64,000 nt of DNA, taken from contig NC_079170.1 in the NCBI RefSeq assembly GCF_947568905.1, forward strand, positions 84,196,001-84,260,000, written 5' to 3'. This document shows positions 62,595 to 64,000 of the stretch, one piece after another; position 1 is the first letter of the stretch; every line of letters starts with the position of its first letter. A model generated the notes under the pieces. That model was not told the origin of the DNA. It did no database searches and was given only the letters and a program-made list of their open reading frames with translations. Both the position numbers and the translations under genes were made by a program. This DNA comes from Ostrea edulis. Its lineage: Eukaryota.

Positions 62595-63969
62595 ATATTT
62601 AGAAGGTTAGTGTGTATATCAGAGATTTCGAAGGTAAGTGTGTATATCAGATATTTAGAAGGTTAGTGTATATATCAGAGATTTTGAAGGCTGTATATAT
62701 ATATCAGATTTAGAAGGTTGGTGTGCATATCAGAGATCTGGAAGGTACGTGTGTATATCAGAAATTTAGAAGATTAGTATATAGATAGATAGATAGATAG
62801 ATAAAGAAGATTAGTGTGTATATCAGAGATCTGGAAGATTATTTTGTATATCAGAGATTTAAAAGTTTAGTTCGTATATCAGAGATTTAGAAAGTTAGTG
62901 TGTTTATCAGAGATTTAGAAACTTCGTGTGTATATCAGAGATTTAGAAGATTAGTGTGTATATCAGAGATTTAGAAGGTTGGTGTGTACATCAGAGATTA
63001 AGAAGGTTAGTGTGTATGTAAGAGATTTAGAAGGTTAGTGTGTATATAGGAGATTTAGAAGGTTAATGTGTATATCAGAGATTCAGAATATTAGTGTGTA
63101 TATCAGAAATTTACAAGGTTAGTGTGTATATCAGAGATTTAGAAGGTTAGTTTGTATATCAGAGATTTAGAAGGTTAATTTGTATATCAGAGATTTAAAT
63201 GGTTATTTTGTATATCAGAGATTTAGAAGGTTAGTTTGTATATCAGAGATTTAAATGGTTATTTTGTATATCAGAGATTTAAAAGGTTAGTGTGTATATC
63301 AGAGATTTAGAAGGTTGGTGTGTATATCAGAGATTTAGAGGGTTAGTGTGTATATCAGAGATTCAGAATATTAGTGTGTATATCAGAAATTTACAAGGTT
63401 AGTGTGTATATCAGAGATTTAAAAGGTTAGTTTGTATATCAGAGATTTAAATGGTTATTTTGTATATCAGAGATTTGGAAGGTTAGTTTGTATATCAGAG
63501 ATTTAGAAGGTTAATTTGTATATCAGAGATTTAGAAGGTTAGTGTGTATATCAGAGATTTAGAAGGTTAGTTTGTATATCAGAGATTTAGAATATTAGTG
63601 TGTATATCAGAAATTTACAAGGTTATTGTGTATATCAGCGATTTAGAAGGTTAGTTTGTATATCAGAAATTTAAATGGTTATTTTGTATATCAGCGATTT
63701 AGAAGGTTAGTTTGTATATCAGAAATTTAAATGGTTATTTTGTATATCGGAGATTTAGAAGGTTAATTTGTATATCAGAGATTTAAATGGTTATTTTGTA
63801 TCTCAGAGATTTAGAAGGTTAGTTTGTATATCAGAGATTTAGAAGGTTAGTTTGTATATCAGAGATTTAAAAGGTCGGTGTGTATATCAGAGATTTAGAA
63901 GGTTAGTGTGTATATCAGAGATTTAGAAGGTTAGTGTGTATATCAGAGATTTAGAAGGTTAGTGTGTAT
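62595..63969 (+). repeat. 28-bp minisatellite array (about 48 units, GAGATTTAGAAGGTTAGTGTGTATATCA) with a short GATA run
   Basis: Directly visible tandem array. Confidence 0.97.
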
Positions 63970-64000
63970 ATGCAAGATGAAGATAACGAACAGTGATCAA
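63970..64000 (-). mobile_element. 3' terminus of another Naiad-type element (continues beyond the window)
   Basis: ATGCAAGATGAAGATAACGAACAGTGATCAA is the reverse complement of the shared 3' end. Confidence 0.85.

Noticed and set aside
62595-63969. CRISPR-like or telomeric array
   Set aside because: Units are contiguous with no unique spacers, the context is eukaryotic, and the TTAG/GGTTAG content does not form TTAGGG or TTAGG repeats.

Overview
AT-rich, repeat-dense eukaryotic DNA, most likely from a bivalve such as an oyster (inferred from the repeat families and the RING-less TRIM gene, not shown directly). Two host genes look intact, both on the minus strand: a B-box/coiled-coil/NHL TRIM-like protein (10185-11840, one coding exon) and a two-exon laccase-type multicopper oxidase with a signal peptide and C-terminal transmembrane anchor (33229-31261 joined to 30234-29993, 736 aa). 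The rest is mostly nested mobile DNA. The largest structure is an 11.6-kb Mutator-like transposon (13450-25082) with TIRs and a 9-bp TSD. It carries a decayed ORF with a Cys-rich 16-aa repeat, MULE DDE, SWIM, Ulp1-type protease and PHD-like finger. A 5.8-kb foldback element (18639-24405), built from two opposed arrays of a ~177-bp satellite meeting at a 2-nt hairpin loop, is inserted into that ORF. Also present: a 441-bp miniature LTR element whose LTRs carry a tRNA-Thr-like Pol III cassette, a short repeat with a full hammerhead-ribozyme core (2 copies), about 14 pieces of a Penelope-like (Naiad-type) retroelement (two joined at the same register of a 28-bp minisatellite), a decayed Gypsy element with 3' LTR and PPT, L2 and Tx1/L1 LINE relics, Helentron-type repeats, MITEs, SINE pieces and a relic C2H2 zinc finger. 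Many repeat boundaries are read by eye and approximate; no database searches were run.
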